Part shown: piece after piece, positions 49,199 to 63,339 of the stretch
How the letters are laid out: each line of letters opens with the position of its first letter
How positions within the stretch are numbered: position 1 is the first letter of the stretch
Source of the DNA: Raillietiella orientalis
Taxonomy: Eukaryota
Assembly: GCA_036172245.1 (NCBI GenBank)
Contig: JAYWIR010000034.1
Span: forward strand, 1,488,001-1,552,000
Length of the DNA: 64,000 nucleotides
Direction: 5' to 3'
Notes under the pieces: generated by a model
What the model was told of the DNA's origin: nothing
The model's input: only the letters and a program-made list of their open reading frames with translations
Database searches by the model: none
Program-made: the position numbers and the translations under genes

Positions 49199-51725
49199 GA
49201 CAACCTCTTATACCCATCAATCATAAAAATAGAGCTGCACGCACAGTCACCGAGTTGTCAGGAATATCAAGTCATCTGTACATTTTACATCAAATGAAAT
49301 TTGATTAAGCACATGTGATGAAAGAGAAAATTCCCAGTTAATAATATCTAAAGGGTCGAGCACAAAAACTTAAAGTATTATTATATAAATAAGAGAACTA
49401 ATATTCAGAATACTGTGGATCTATTCTAGGACTTTTGCCCAATATGTATTTTTACTGAAGTGCTAAACTATAAAATATATACAAACTCTATACTTAAATT
49501 TAAGAACAAACCACGAGCATACAAGATGTGAAGTTTTTAAATAAATATCTGGGCATTTAAAAAGAAAGTACGAACAAAATGCAGAAGTTCCTGATAATAA
49601 ATCTACTACGGATGGGATATATGTACTGATAAGAGTCATATATTAGCAACTTTAAAATACTACTGGCAAACTTGTTAAGCAGTTGATGCATGATGAAAGA
49701 TTGGGTATTTGAAAACAAAATTTCTTTCTTTTTCCATTTATTTTCGGCTAATTCACCTATTACTTTATACTGTTCTTAATTCAGGCGTTTTTTGTTCTTC
49801 TATCTTTGACATGAAATTATTTTGTATCAGGTTCTAAAAGAATATAAATTATTGTATCTACGCTTGTCATCCAGCTCATAGGAACCCATCATGGCTAAGA
49901 ACTGTATTGTAAAAATGAACGGTCTACCTGTATAGCATTAATGCTTATAAATCCGCTAATGTTTTTGTTAGGGAATTTATGAACACTAAAAAGATTATTC
50001 TTTACAAATAACTGCATTTCTCACATGCTGTTTAATTTCCATATGGGATGCAGATATTATATCCCTACATTGTATTCTAAGATTATAAACACAAGAAAAA
50101 TAATTACAAGGAAAAATGTTCACATCCTTTTAGTTCCTATTAGACAATTGATCAGAGGAATATTTTTTTTAATAAAAAGAACAAATCTTTCTTTTAAAGA
50201 AATTTTAAACTCAATCCGATTAATATATTGCTATCTATTTGGAGCATATACTTTTGAAAATGGACACTAACTTTCATATTTGAAATCCGGTAACGTTGGT
50301 TTATAGGTCTTTAAAAAATAATTTTTTTTTTAAACCAAATTACCTTATGCTTCCTCCGAAAATGCTTTTTCCAGTTTATTTTTCTTTCAATCCTAGTATC
50401 CCTCCCTAATGACCGCAAATCCTATTTGTATTTTGAAATTTTTCAGTTCATCAATAAATCCTATTATCAAAATTCACAGCATGACTTACTAGTATCGCAT
50501 TTATTACCTTAGAAAATCGCTTATCAAGATATATATAATGCACATACTGTCAGTTACTCCAACTTTCCTTCCTTTTCTGCAAAATTGATATTTAATGGAT
50601 ATTTAATGAATGTCAATGGCTGCCAATGAATAGTTATGATTTAAAACCAGCTTTCTTTGCAGAACTGCTTAGTCGTGCGCTGGAATAAAAAGAAGAGTCG
50701 ACAAGTTGGCATCCATGATGTCCGAGTTTCGAGTCCTTACAAAAAGATATACAAGTGGAAAAAAGAGAAATGGAAGTTCATCCCAATACGCATTCTCAAA
50801 TATGATAGCATCTAGATATATGCTTGAGTCTCATAAATATTCCAAAATTCGATTTTTTTTGGCTTTATCATAATACTTGGATTGCATCATATAACTAAGG
50901 TTTCCTGTGTTGTTAAAATTAGAAACGTTTACTCACTTTCACAAACAAAACTTTCACTTAGAATTCGCTGAGCACTTAAAAATTTTCAATTCCTAAAAAT
51001 AATTTGATTAAAAGTTTCCTTGTGTTGGTTGGTGAACACAAACTTTACGAGGGCAATTTTTATAATTGACATAGGTGAAGTATATTTCATACACTTTGCC
51101 ATTCGAACTCACAAGTTTTCCCCTGTTTAGTCTTCGAAACGCACTAATATATTCGAAAATAACGAAAGGTATCATGATAATTTGACATTTATTTGCATTT
51201 TGCATACTGGATGATCTCCAAAGGAAGCATAATAGAACGATGAATGAGCTGAAGAGTCAATCTAACAAAATATTTATTAAACAGAAAGTTATCGATCCAA
51301 TTCTGGTTTTACAATACAATTTTATTATTGCACAATGCGGTGCAATGGACAAACGAAATTTCACCCATAGCATAAGTCATCACTATTATGCTGTTAAGTT
51401 TACCTTTGGTAAAAGTTCTCAGTCACATTTTTCATTCATTACTTAATATATCATTGTAAGTTGTGAACGTATTGTCTTACTATATAAAATAGCTCAAAAT
51501 CTACAATAGTGGATTACTATTTGGTAAACATTTTTGTTTTGAAGCGTTGCGATTTTTTTCGAAGTGACTTCTATGGTAAAGAGTATTGGCCGAATATATT
51601 TTGATAGTGATTTTTTTTGCAGTTGCTTACCACTAATGTATAAAATAATTTAAGTAGTATCACTCCCGATGTTGCTTTAAATAATGTTTATTCGATGCAA
51701 TAACCGTTGCAATTGCAAAGAATAA

Positions 51726-53705
51726 ATGGATAATAGAAGAGGAAGAAAAATTCGTGGGAAATCAAAAACACTTTCAAGAATAAAATCAAGAGGAAAAGGA
51801 AGAAAACTGAACGTGGTGAGTCAATAACATACAATTTAAATAAGATGTTTGTCTCTTGTAAATTTTCACATTCCTATTTCAATATGTTTATGCGTGATAT
51901 TGTTCTTAAATGCTATGCTGAAACATCTTATGAAACAAACGATCATTAAATAATTGGGACAGTGATTTCATGCGATCAATTTGAAGACTAAGCAACAAAA
52001 CCTTTTTATATAAGTACATGAACAAACAAACAACTGTGTAATTGTACTGCCCATTTTGGGAATATTATAAGAACTTTGCTGACTGTCATTCTTGTAGTTG
52101 TTTTAACGAAGGAAATGCAGAAACTCACGCAACTAGTATTCATTTCAGAATTTTAAGCGTCAATTCTTCAAATAGTTTCAATTTCATTGACTTTTTAGAA
52201 ATACTGATAATTGCTTTTTTTTTTTTTGCAAACCGAGGTACCTATTTGATCGTACATGATCGGTTTTCAAAATTGAAGCACAATTCTTGATAAGTTACAC
52301 AGGTATCAGTATGCCTGTTTTTGTGAAAGGGCTTAGAGTTTTATAAGAATCAGTTCGAACATTTTAACTAAGTGGATCAAGTTTTGACACTGATGCATTT
52401 TGTTAAGCTGTTTTGTGATTGTTACAACTCACATAGCATCTTTTAATTAATGCAAAATTAAAAAATATGGTTTTCAGTTTCCTAAATGTGCAGACTTTGT
52501 TGGTATTCATCTCATTTCAAAGCAACAATTCTATTCTTTACGAAGCAAATAATTCTATTTTGAATTTAATATCCATAATGGCGATTGTAAGAGATGGTGA
52601 ATTTTAAATTTCATTTAGGATGAGAGCCCAACAGAAGATGATGATGATCAGTTATCAATTACTGCAGAAACTGAGGAGGAGGAAAAGCCACAGGAAGAAA
52701 TGATTATTCCAGAAGGTATAAGTTGTAATAATAATTTGATAAACTAATATGAATGTTTAGGAATTAGTCTAGAGGAAGACATCCTTCAGTTAGAAACACC
52801 TGTTTTCACAACTATTGATAGAGGTCCTCCTGAACCCATGCTTCGCCTCAAGTGGGATCATTGTGTAAATCTGTTGGGTGAAAAGGTCCTGAATCCCATG
52901 ATTCATGTTTGTGAGATGTGTCACAAACCTATACTGGTATATGGTAGAATGGTAGGCATAGTTAGCATTATTTTGGTGGTATCTCACATGAAGCTTTCAG
53001 ATTGCATGTAAGCATGTGTTTTGCTGGCCATGCACACAAAATGATCTGAAGACCTGTCCTCGTTGCAAAGAAAAGGTGGAGCGAATTGAAAAGGCTGTAC
53101 TAGGCACAATTTTCATGTGTACACATGGAGGCACAAGATATGGTGCTACAGGTTGTCGGCGGACATATATGTCTTACCGAGATTTGCAAGCCCATATCAC
53201 TCATAGACATTTTCGGGCCCCCAATCGTGATATGTCCGAAAGCCGCATTACATCTAAATCAGATGTGCAAAAGGAACCCTTAAGAGCATTGGAACCCAGC
53301 CCTCGGGATCCCAGACATCATCATTCAGACCATTTATTTGAGGGACATGCAAATTATCAGCAAGGATCACATATTCCTGTAGTGAACACTCGCACCAGCA
53401 CACTTATCACAGTGCCTATTCATGATAGCCCACTAGAATCCCAGTCTTATAAGCAACCAGCACCTTATGCAACCCCACTGAATTTTGCACCTTCATCATA
53501 TGCCTACCCTAAGAACCCATCATATGCACAGGCACATTTAGCACGTTATCCTCCACCTAGTTTGAATTTCCCTCCTCCCCGTCTTCCTTCCTATACACAA
53601 GGTGTTGCACCTTACTCAGAAGCCAGCTATGGTACTCAATGGACTACTCCACCTCCAAGACATCATCATCAACAACCTTCTAGCTCTCATCAATACTACC
53701 GTTGA
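51726..53705 (+). CDS. CBLL1: E3 ubiquitin ligase Hakai (m6A writer-associated), 360 aa
   Basis: join(51726..51815,52619..52715,52761..52951,53001..53705). Basic RG-rich N-terminus, [48 protein letters not shown]2H2 [31 protein letters not shown], Pro/Tyr-rich tail. Close to recalled arthropod Hakai sequences. Confidence 0.96.
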
Positions 53706-53716
53706 CATTATAAATG

Positions 53717-53722
53717 AATAAA
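53717..53722 (+). terminator. Probable polyadenylation signal of Hakai
   Basis: AATAAA 11 nt after the stop codon. Confidence 0.5.
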
Positions 53723-53767
53723 CAATTCCCAATTGTTACTTTTAAGAATATAAGGGAATACCCTTAT

Positions 53768-56700
53768 TCAGATCCCATTCATTAGGCTCAGTGGTGGACT
53801 AAGCAAATCTTTGTACTGATGCAATGCTTCCTTTAGATATTGAGCAACTTGACTGGAGCAAATGACAGTGCAGTCTACCAAATAAGGGTACAATTTGATA
53901 AGCTGATCCCATGTGAATGCATCCACTGATGATAGAGTGAGAGTTGATCTTAGCAGCCTACTTACCTTTTCCATGCTGGCACTTTTTCAGAGAAGCAATG
54001 AGCGTGGCTATTGTTTGCAGCACAAAGGAGACTTCTGCCATGCGATCCCTATAAAAAGTTGATTAAAAAGCATATTAGGTATTGTCCTTACCGGGACAAT
54101 GGAAACTTTCCACTTGAGTGCTCATCTGTAATGTACTTTTGCAATACCTCTTGGAATCTATGCAATAGAGAAGTAATAGCCAGATGACTGGTTACTGAAT
54201 TTTCATCTTGTGTCACCAATCCATCTTGCAAAGAAAGCTGCAAGAGTGCCTCAAAGCAAGTTCGTGCTAATTCTTCTCTCATCCAATAAGGATGCTGTTC
54301 AATAGTTTCACTACAGCTCAATTGGATAGATCCTTTGTTTAGAAGCAGCATGATCTGTATGAGAAATTCATTTGGCAAATATTCAGGCTGCTGTAAAATC
54401 TCATCCCTCAATAAGTGAATGAGTTGACAATCCAGAGCTTCATCAGAACGACTCTCTTCTAAGGATTGTGAAGGGGGTGATGGACTAACCTCCAAAATGA
54501 GATATGCTCATGTCAATTAGATTACCTTTGAGGAAATAAGAATTCATCCAAAGTTGCAGCGATTTCCAACCAGGTGTTACTAAAATTTTCTGGAGTCTTC
54601 CTCAGAACAGAGAGTGAAGTTCTGATGACTGATTTCAGAACACTGATGGCTACATGCCATGTAGATTGTGCAGGACAACTATACTTCATTGACAAAGGCA
54701 CCCTGAGCGTGCTAATGATCATGTGGAATACACCACCTTGGATAACAGCAGGATTAGCATGCCATTTCTGATAGGCCAGACATGTTTCTTGAAGGATTTT
54801 CTCAGCAAATGGCACCAGATTTGGATACACCCATCCCACCTAGTACATTTTTATAAATAAAAGCCATGGATATATTTACGTTTGAAGATTTCAAAGGAGC
54901 TAATGGAGGACACTTCAGGGAACCAAATGTTGGTGGATGGCAGCCCCATTTGCCCAGTTCCAGCATGAGTATAAAGATGTGAGGTAAAAAAGAGGTTTCT
55001 TCATCTCTTTTGTCCTCTTCCTAAGTTGAATAAGCTTAAAACAACAGCTTGTTGTTCATTACATCTAGTATAAGCTGCAAACAGCGTAGCACTCCTTCCT
55101 GTACTGATGTTAGAGAACCATCAAGAACTGATGGTACTAGGAATGGTATAGCATCACTGTGAATGGGAATGACAAGCACACCCCTGAGAATATGTCCCAG
55201 TTTCATCAGGTCATCACCCAAAAATCTAGGCAAACGAAAAAATAAAGAACGTACATGAATATAACTTACCTTTTTTTTATGCCAGGGAAAATATCAGCAA
55301 ACAGTTGCATAAGTAAAGTCAGAAATGGTTGAGAAGGTAAAATCAGTGTATCTTCTGCGATGTTTTCTGGTGGGACTTCAATGGATTTCATACCAATGCG
55401 GCACCATGTTTTCCATGCAGCATCATTCTGTTTTTGCCATTTTTCATTCTGCACTTGTTCATGATCTGCATTCAGTTCTTGAAAAGCTTTCAATGCTGCC
55501 ACAGATAACTGCTCAAAAATGCCATTATGCTATCAGTAAGTGTTAATTTCCATACTTTATTGTTCCTGCTGAGAGCATAGCGCTCTATATGCTCCAAAAG
55601 CAGTACCCATGCATGGTGGAAGTCATCCAAGGAATACAAAAAGCTTTTTTTTGAGCCAATCACACGAGCTACTCCAGTGAGGGATAGAATCTGTGTCTCT
55701 GACCATTGCTTCTGTGCTGTGTTTCGTGTATGATGAATGAGAATATTTTCTGTAAGGTCCAATTTGTCAGTACTAGCTGCTGCCGCCAGCTTAGCCACTT
55801 TTTCCAACAGGGGGAAAAGCACCTGCCAGCAAAGCAACTGCCAGGTAGACAGCTGGAGAAGTTGACCATGTGCTGCGATAGTTGAGAAAAGTGTTTGGCT
55901 GGCTGATTTGCGCACTGCTGCCCTCTCATCAATGCACAATTCTCCTATGATCTAAATTTTTCCTCCAAACTATGAGACTTACATACCCAACTGAGTGTAC
56001 AAGCACATCCACAATCTATCAAAAGGAGGAACTTCACAAATCCCTGGAAAGGGAGGAAGTCCATCTTCTTTTGTCAAATTCATTTGGATACGTTCCTGAT
56101 TTCTAAACAGAAAATCTGAAATGCTCCACTAATGATGAATAAGAGAATGATAGCATTATAATTAGTTTCTTACCATAAGACCCACTGCTGTCAAAGACAC
56201 GTTAACTTCCACATTCTGATTTCCAAACTTAGTAGTAACATCAATCAACTGTGGGAGGCAACCAAGTGGTAAAATTGGTAGAAAATCAGTAACTACTAGC
56301 TGTAGGCATTGGAATGCTGTTCGAATGAGATTCTCTCTACATGATATAAAGAAAAATAATTTTTAAAAGTTTGTTAGAAATATTAACCCATGAACACTAT
56401 TGAGAGCTCCAATCATGCTCAACAATAAAGGCCATCCTTGAACAAGAGACTCTCCAAAACTATGAAGGATTTGCATGACACACTCCAACTGCTTTTGACG
56501 AATATCCAAAAAGGGGAAAAAAGATAATTCAGACAAGGGAGACAGCAGAAATGTCTGTGGAAATGAATTTGGATAAACTAGTTCCAACAACGCTTCTTAC
56601 CAGGTTGTTTTTGAAAAGGGAATTGTAAGGAGGTTGCATGGTTTCCCGTACTAATTGGATGATTGCTTCAACTCCTGCTTCTCGCATTTTGAACTGTGGA

Positions 56701-59700
56701 TGCTGGCAGACTTGCAAGAGATGACTGCTAATGGGTTGCCACAGTTGTTCTACACGTGCTAAGTTTACCAAACCAACTTCCAACAGTTTAGTCACCGGAA
56801 ACAAAGAGGGTTCCTGATATAGTTAAGCAAACAGAAATTACAATTTCATAATGTATACATGATTATTATATGCCATATCCATGTCTTCCTGGGAAAGCTG
56901 ACAAAGAGCATTTATAAGATGTTGCAAAGATGGTTCATCTAAATTGCAACTGAATTCAAACAGCTGGTTTAGTGATGTGCAAAGAGCTGGTAGAGATTCT
57001 AACACAGCAGTTGTCAGCACAGGATTTGCATCAAGCATATTGCGTTGTGTTCGTATGTTGTTAGAAGAGCTGGGCTTCAATTCTAATATCCAGGCAAGAT
57101 GCTGCAAGGTGGTCAACACCAAATGCCATGAAGAACCCAGAATGGCACCATGCTCTTGTGCTAAATTGAGCAAAGCACTCATACAATGGAGATTTTTAGC
57201 TGTCAACATGACTGGTCCCTGATGTGCACCTATACATGATATTTGACAGAAAATTTTTATGAATACTTAATCACCTTGTGATAAAGATGATGTAGGCAAT
57301 GCTGATCCAACAGCCACTACTGGTTGGCGAAGCTCTCCTTCCTGAGACAAATAATTTGGTGCAGATGGTCTTGAACAGCGTGCTTCATCTAGCAAAAATA
57401 AAAAAAAAGGAATACGATAACGACGTACTTTGATCTGCTGGAGAAGAGGGACTGAACACAGAAAGCATGTAATACGGAGGCAAACATGCTCTGCAGATAG
57501 CAGTAAGAAAAGCATCTCTTGGGGTAACCAGGTTAAGCCGCCCACATAATCCTACTAATTTTTGCATCGCTTTTAATATCTCATCGCAGACAGAATCTGT
57601 GATACTGGAAAAACCTGCTAAAGTCCAAAATAAAATGCTCACCAGGCATCAAGCAATATATTAGAGGCACATAACAAGCCATTCCAAATAGAACCTATCA
57701 AATGAGGCCAGATATTTTCTTCATTTGAAATATTTTCTTTTTCTTTATCTCCGTCTACAACAACAATCAGAGAATTAACCAAGTCCAAAAAACAGTGGAA
57801 CGCCAGTGTGATTCCATAACCATCTGGAATGACAGGAGTTTCCCCTTTATCCAAATAATCCAAACTGAAAAAACCATGGGCAAGTAGATTTAACACAATT
57901 TTCTTACAAGACTGATTTGGCCTGACCAATTGGTGGTGCAGATGTCAATGTTAACCATACACCATGATAAAAGAATATGGATGGGCAGTTAATTCCTGAA
58001 CCTAATGGAATGCCACCTAATAATGGTGGAGGCTGACCTGGATCAGGTCCTATAAAGGTATACATAAGATCTAGATGATGATATTAGAACCAACCAGGTG
58101 TAAAATACGTTGGCATGGAGGTATCAAAAAGCGAATGAATATAACGCCCCAAACTATTTGAGATCTCCTGCACAATTTTTGTTGAGTGTTGTTTCATATC
58201 ATAAGAGCTGCAAAGAAGTATCAAGAAAGAGGGCTGCACAGCTAATTTATGTAACACTTCCAATGCTAAAGCCTTTTGCCATGGAGACTTATCTGGACCA
58301 AGGAACTTCAGAATCAACGACAAAAAAATCTCACACTGTGTAGTCTGCAAGACATCAAAAAGTCAACAACTGTCAACATAAATTGAAAATTACATACTTA
58401 CCAAAAGATCAAAATAACTATTAAGAAGCATTACCACAAGGCGCAACAACCTTACACAAATGGGAAAAGTAGGCCTATCATGAAATCCATTTTGCTGAGC
58501 ATTTCCAGGAAGACGAGGCTTGTATTTAATGTTGGGAGAGAACAAACGAATGATCAAAGCACATACTTTCTCTTTGAGAAGAAAACAAAATTCTTGATGC
58601 TACAACAAGATGAAATCACTGATACTACTAAAACAATCATACTTGTTTAAATAAAGATGAAAACTGAAATAAAATAGATTCCAGAAGTTCCAGTCCGAAT
58701 GTTACGGACATCTGTATTAAATCTTCGAGCCAGAATGTCTGTTCTCCACTTATTAATTGAATAAGATCCTATATCAAATAAGGAAAAAAATAACTTGCTA
58801 GAACAAATAAAAACCTGAAGGAGCAAATATTTATCCACCAAGCTATCTTTCAATGTGTCTGGAAGACAACCAGCATTTCTTGAGTCCTCATAACTTGCAT
58901 CTTCACACACATAATTATCCTCTTGTTCAAATACAAAGGTAACTAACTGCTGTACAGTAGCACAGGCAGTACTGCTAATAGTTGAATCCTTTGATAAGTG
59001 TAGGAAAAAGCAAATCCCTAGGACCTACAATGATTGATTTTAGTTACTGACTTTCATTGAACACAAACCTTGGCTAAAGTTTTTCCATGAATAAAGTGGT
59101 TGTTAAAAAGAAGCAATGTGACTGTTTGAAGGATTTTGATTTCCTCAATTCCAGACTGCATGAGCAATAATAAACCATCTAAGATAACAGCAACTGCTTT
59201 TTCATTCAAGCACTGCACAAAATGTAAAAACCTATGTTTGGAAATGAACTTTAAACTTACATGTGCTAAAATAAGTCTTTGTACTGAAACCATAAAAATT
59301 TTGCTAATTTTTGGATCACGCAATTCACAAGCTTGAATTAGTGTCATCAAGACTTGATCACTTATAGAATAAAGAAATTCTTTGTTCATTTCAGAATTTT
59401 TTATTTTCTGTATTGCATCTTCTGCATTCTAGGTAAAAGTAAAACAAGTACGTAGCTGTAATACAATATCATAATAATGGGGGGAACATTCTTCCTCATT
59501 TAAAAGAATTTCCAAATGCTTGCTTGTAAAATATGAATCGAAAATTTAATTACCACATGCCATTTCCTATAAATGCATTCACATGCAATTATGATATTTT
59601 TTATACTTCCTAATAAGATTTGCCCAAACTTATGCTATTGTTTGTGCATAAATAATAAAGGTTTGTTTATGATATATGCAGTTTACAAAAGCTTTAAATT

Positions 59701-59847
59701 TATATTGGCCTGGGTCACAGTGGATTGTAATTGAAATACCTCCTTAATATGATGATGCTTCTTTCTGGTTTCTAATATCAGAAGTTTCATATCGTTTTGC
59801 AAATTTTCATATAATTTGCTTATTTCTTCGGTTCTTTCTGAGATCAT
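53768..59847 (-). CDS. MON2: Protein MON2 homolog (ARF-GEF-like endosome-to-Golgi trafficking regulator), 24 exons
   Basis: Traced 24 in-frame exons with GT-AG introns; first exon 59740..59847 ([29 protein letters not shown]), last exon 53768..53925. Motifs: [104 protein letters not shown]. Confidence 0.96.
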
Positions 59848-60887
59848 ATCGCATTCCTATGATGGATTAGCATCAAATTACAAATGATATTTCATGTTCT
59901 TTTTGATGACCTGATTAACGCAGACTACATTCTATATTCATCCTGTACAATTTCACTGGATATGTATGCACACAATATTCATCAGCTAAACCAGTATAGT
60001 TATTTTTTTCCTGTGCATCAATGAATACATTAATGATTACAACAAAAACTTTTATTTGACAGATCGTATTCACAGTTTCCACTCATACACTGTACTGCTG
60101 CCATGAGTCACAGATTCTAGGATGAAACACCTCATAATAACAACACCACATGAAAATCCATCTTCTACTACCTAATGCATCTCCAAAAACGCATAAGAGC
60201 CTCTTCGTCAATACGTAAATAATACCAATTGTAATGCCAATTTATAATTAAAAGCCATTTTTTCCCCTATAAAATACCTTTAAAAGCAATAATATTTACT
60301 CTATCATCATTTTAAAAAACACCTGAAAATAGATCAAAAATATAGCTCCTATATTATTAACTATTTTTCATTACTAAGCAATAAATGTATAAACTATTAA
60401 TTTTGTAAATTATAATCAGATTCATTAAGGACCAAATGCGTCTACAATTTAGAAAGCTAAGAGTTAAATTCAGACCATATCAAGATTAATTTCATTTATT
60501 TATTTCAATAACGAAGTTCGCAATTTGAATTGTAATACTAATTTCACTCCAGAACCTTTCTTCTCAAGCCTAGGGTTTTTGTAAATTCTTCAGATCTCTT
60601 TGATATCAATGTCGGAAAACCATAGTTTATCGTGGTTTCATTTCCACATTTCAAAAGCATTCCCGACAAGAAAGATTCTTATTTTTACATTAGACGACAT
60701 CCATTTTTAGTAAGTACCTAACTGAATCGTCATATCAAGAATCTGATTATCATTTCAAGAATTCTTCGGAAGTTTTCGTCTTCATATCTTAATATCCTGG
60801 ATATTCATTCTAAAGTTTTGAAAAATCTAAATTAAAACAAAAATACTATCTCTTTATTGCTAATAAAATAAATTTTACTGTTTCAAC

Positions 60888-63335
60888 AACTGGCTTCCGA
60901 TCACCTTGGTGAACTCGGACGTGAAGTTGTTCTCTAAGCTGCGGGTTGTGCGGTTAGGGAGGGTCGTCGAGTCCTTGGTAAGCCCGGAACAGCCTTACAC
61001 TGTTCCCGGGCGGTCCATGGACGAGAATCTCCTGTTCACCCGCTCCTGGATGCAGCTCCAGGAGCGCGTCGTGCAGCAAAGCCGGGCAGCGGCAAAGGCC
61101 GCTGCCGAAGGCAGACGGTATCGGTAGAAGCGGCAGGATGGTACGTCGGGTGCCTTGGCGGTCTCAGTCGATCTCCACAAGGCGTTCGACTGCGTGAACC
61201 AGGAATTCCTCTTGGAGTTTCTGGAACACCTCGGTCTCCCGGTGCAACATCTCAACTACTTGCGCTCTTGCTGGCGTCACGCGCTAACCTGCGTTACTTT
61301 CAGCGGTTGCCACGTGTACGGTATTCCCGTGCGTAGGGACATCCGGCAAGGGGATAGCTTAAGCCCGTTGCTCTTCAGCATCTTCTTTGAGTTGGTGCTG
61401 AGAGCATACAGGCCGAGGTCTCACCTTATTGCTATCGGAACTGCTGGAAGCTCCTGCCCGGGAACGCCTGTCGTGGCCGCCTACGCAGATGACCTACTTC
61501 TGCTGCCGCCCATGTCCACCCCGGCGTCCAGTGTCGAAGATTTCTTTGACCTGATTCGTCGGGGAGCGGGCGTGAGCGTGGACAGGAAGAAGAGCGTGGT
61601 CGTTCCTGTGGGTGCGTCGGGGGAGGAACTGGATCCGCCTGGGTATCCCCACGAGCGGGTACTTCAAGCACCTTGGCGTTCCGTTAAGCGCAGCCGAAGC
61701 GTGGTCGGACTGCCTTCAAAAGCTAGAGTTGGCCGCCAGCCCGTTCATTGATGGCAAGTTTACCTTGCCAGAACAGGCGGCTATCTGGAATACCTTCGTG
61801 CTCCCCCTCCTCCACCCCTTGTTTTCTGTCTTGGACACCCCCTACGCGGCGAAAGAGCGGGCTAAACTCCTGCTAAGGAACACTCCCTGGGGTCCGGAGC
61901 GATCCAGGATCCACCTGAAAGACCTGACCGCTCCATGTCGGGATGCCGGCCTGAGCATCCTGACGATGGAGCAGATCGGACTGCAAGTGTAGTTCCGGAT
62001 GCTGGCACTGTGTGCCAAGCTTTAGACTTCCCCGTTCTGTGCTTCTGCTCTCATCCTCCTACGTAGGTGCGCCGGCAGTGAAGGACTTCTTTCGTTGATA
62101 CCAGGCAGGCGCCACAGAAAGCAGGGGTTCGGCTATCCTTCGAGGCAACTCGCCCCACTGCTGGAAGCCCAATCGTGGATTTCCTGCCTCCCAATAAACT
62201 TTAATGCTTGGCGGCAGGAATCTGTTGAGTCTTGGGTTGCATTCCAGGGAATGCGCCACGAAGATCTTCGCCCCTTGAGTCAATTCCTACCTCAGTCACT
62301 TCAAGAGGTGATGCAGGACGAGGTGAAGTTTTCCACCCTGACCGCCACGCCTCTTGCCGCAGCGCTGCCTCAGGGCAAGAGACGACAGCAGGCGGCGAGG
62401 TGTAAGGTTTCTGCACCATCATGGGAGACGAGCGAGCTGGCGGATGCTGCTACTCGGGCTGCGGTAAAGGGACTTCTTCGGTGGGGAGAAGTTCTTGGTG
62501 TTGTCCCCGAGGAACTAATAGTCCCTTCCTGCTGTTTGGACAGTTCAGTGTTTCCCCTTGCCTGGAAGCAGGACGTTTTGCTCTTGCACTGGGGTTTGCG
62601 CTACAATGAGCAGCGGCACCGAGTTTCCAGTGAAATGGCTTCCCCCTACTGTGCCCGGTGCGGGGCGGCGGAGTCATTCCTGCACTTCTTTTGGACTGCA
62701 ATGCCCTCCACTAACTCTGGCGGAGGTGAGCAGCAGCACTCCTGCTACCGGGGGGCACTGCTCGTGAAATGCTGCGACGATTCTTCCAATCACAAGGACT
62801 TTCGAAGGCAGAGATGATCTCGACCGTTGGTTGCATCCGCGCCGTCTTCACGGTCCAAGGCGTGCTGGAGAACACCGGGAAGCGTTGTCGTGTAACCAGG
62901 AAGGCAGCCGACTTCATCAGCGCAACTGCTAGGTGGTATCATTTAATCGAAAACGTAACAGAAGAACTCACCAGCATCCATCTCCGGATTTCCTACGGTT
63001 TGGAACGACGATCCCAGTGATCTACGTCCATTCCCCTTTAATTTCATTTTTCTTTTCGCGCCCCATCTTCCATTCGCTCCGTAGCGTTTTTAGTGCTTTC
63101 ACTCTTGGTCTATTCCGGTGACTGCGGAGCGTCATCAAAGATCCCTGGCCCTTTCCTCCCATTCAGACTGTTCTTCTTTGTTGGTAGTCCCCTCCTCCCC
63201 CACCCGTTCCGCACCTTCCGTTTTCCTGGCCTGCGTGCCAGTTGTGTATTTCCGTTGTTTTTTGTGGTCATCGACTGGAAGCAACTGTTTCCAGCTGGTT
63301 TATGAAAATAAACGTCCCGGCATGACCGGGTAAGA
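60888..63335 (+). mobile_element. 5'-truncated, relatively young L1/Tx1-like LINE (RT, thumb, CCHC, 3'UTR); pseudogenised
   Basis: NWLPITLVNSDVKL, EQ..VPGR, VDLHKAFD, IRQGDSLSPLLF, YADD (61482-61493), KHLGVPL, CARCGAAESFLHFFW. In-frame stops at ~61125 and ~61990 plus several frameshifts. T-rich 3'UTR with AATAAA at 63307. Abrupt AT-to-GC switch at ~60888. Confidence 0.92.
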
Positions 63336-63339
63336 AATT

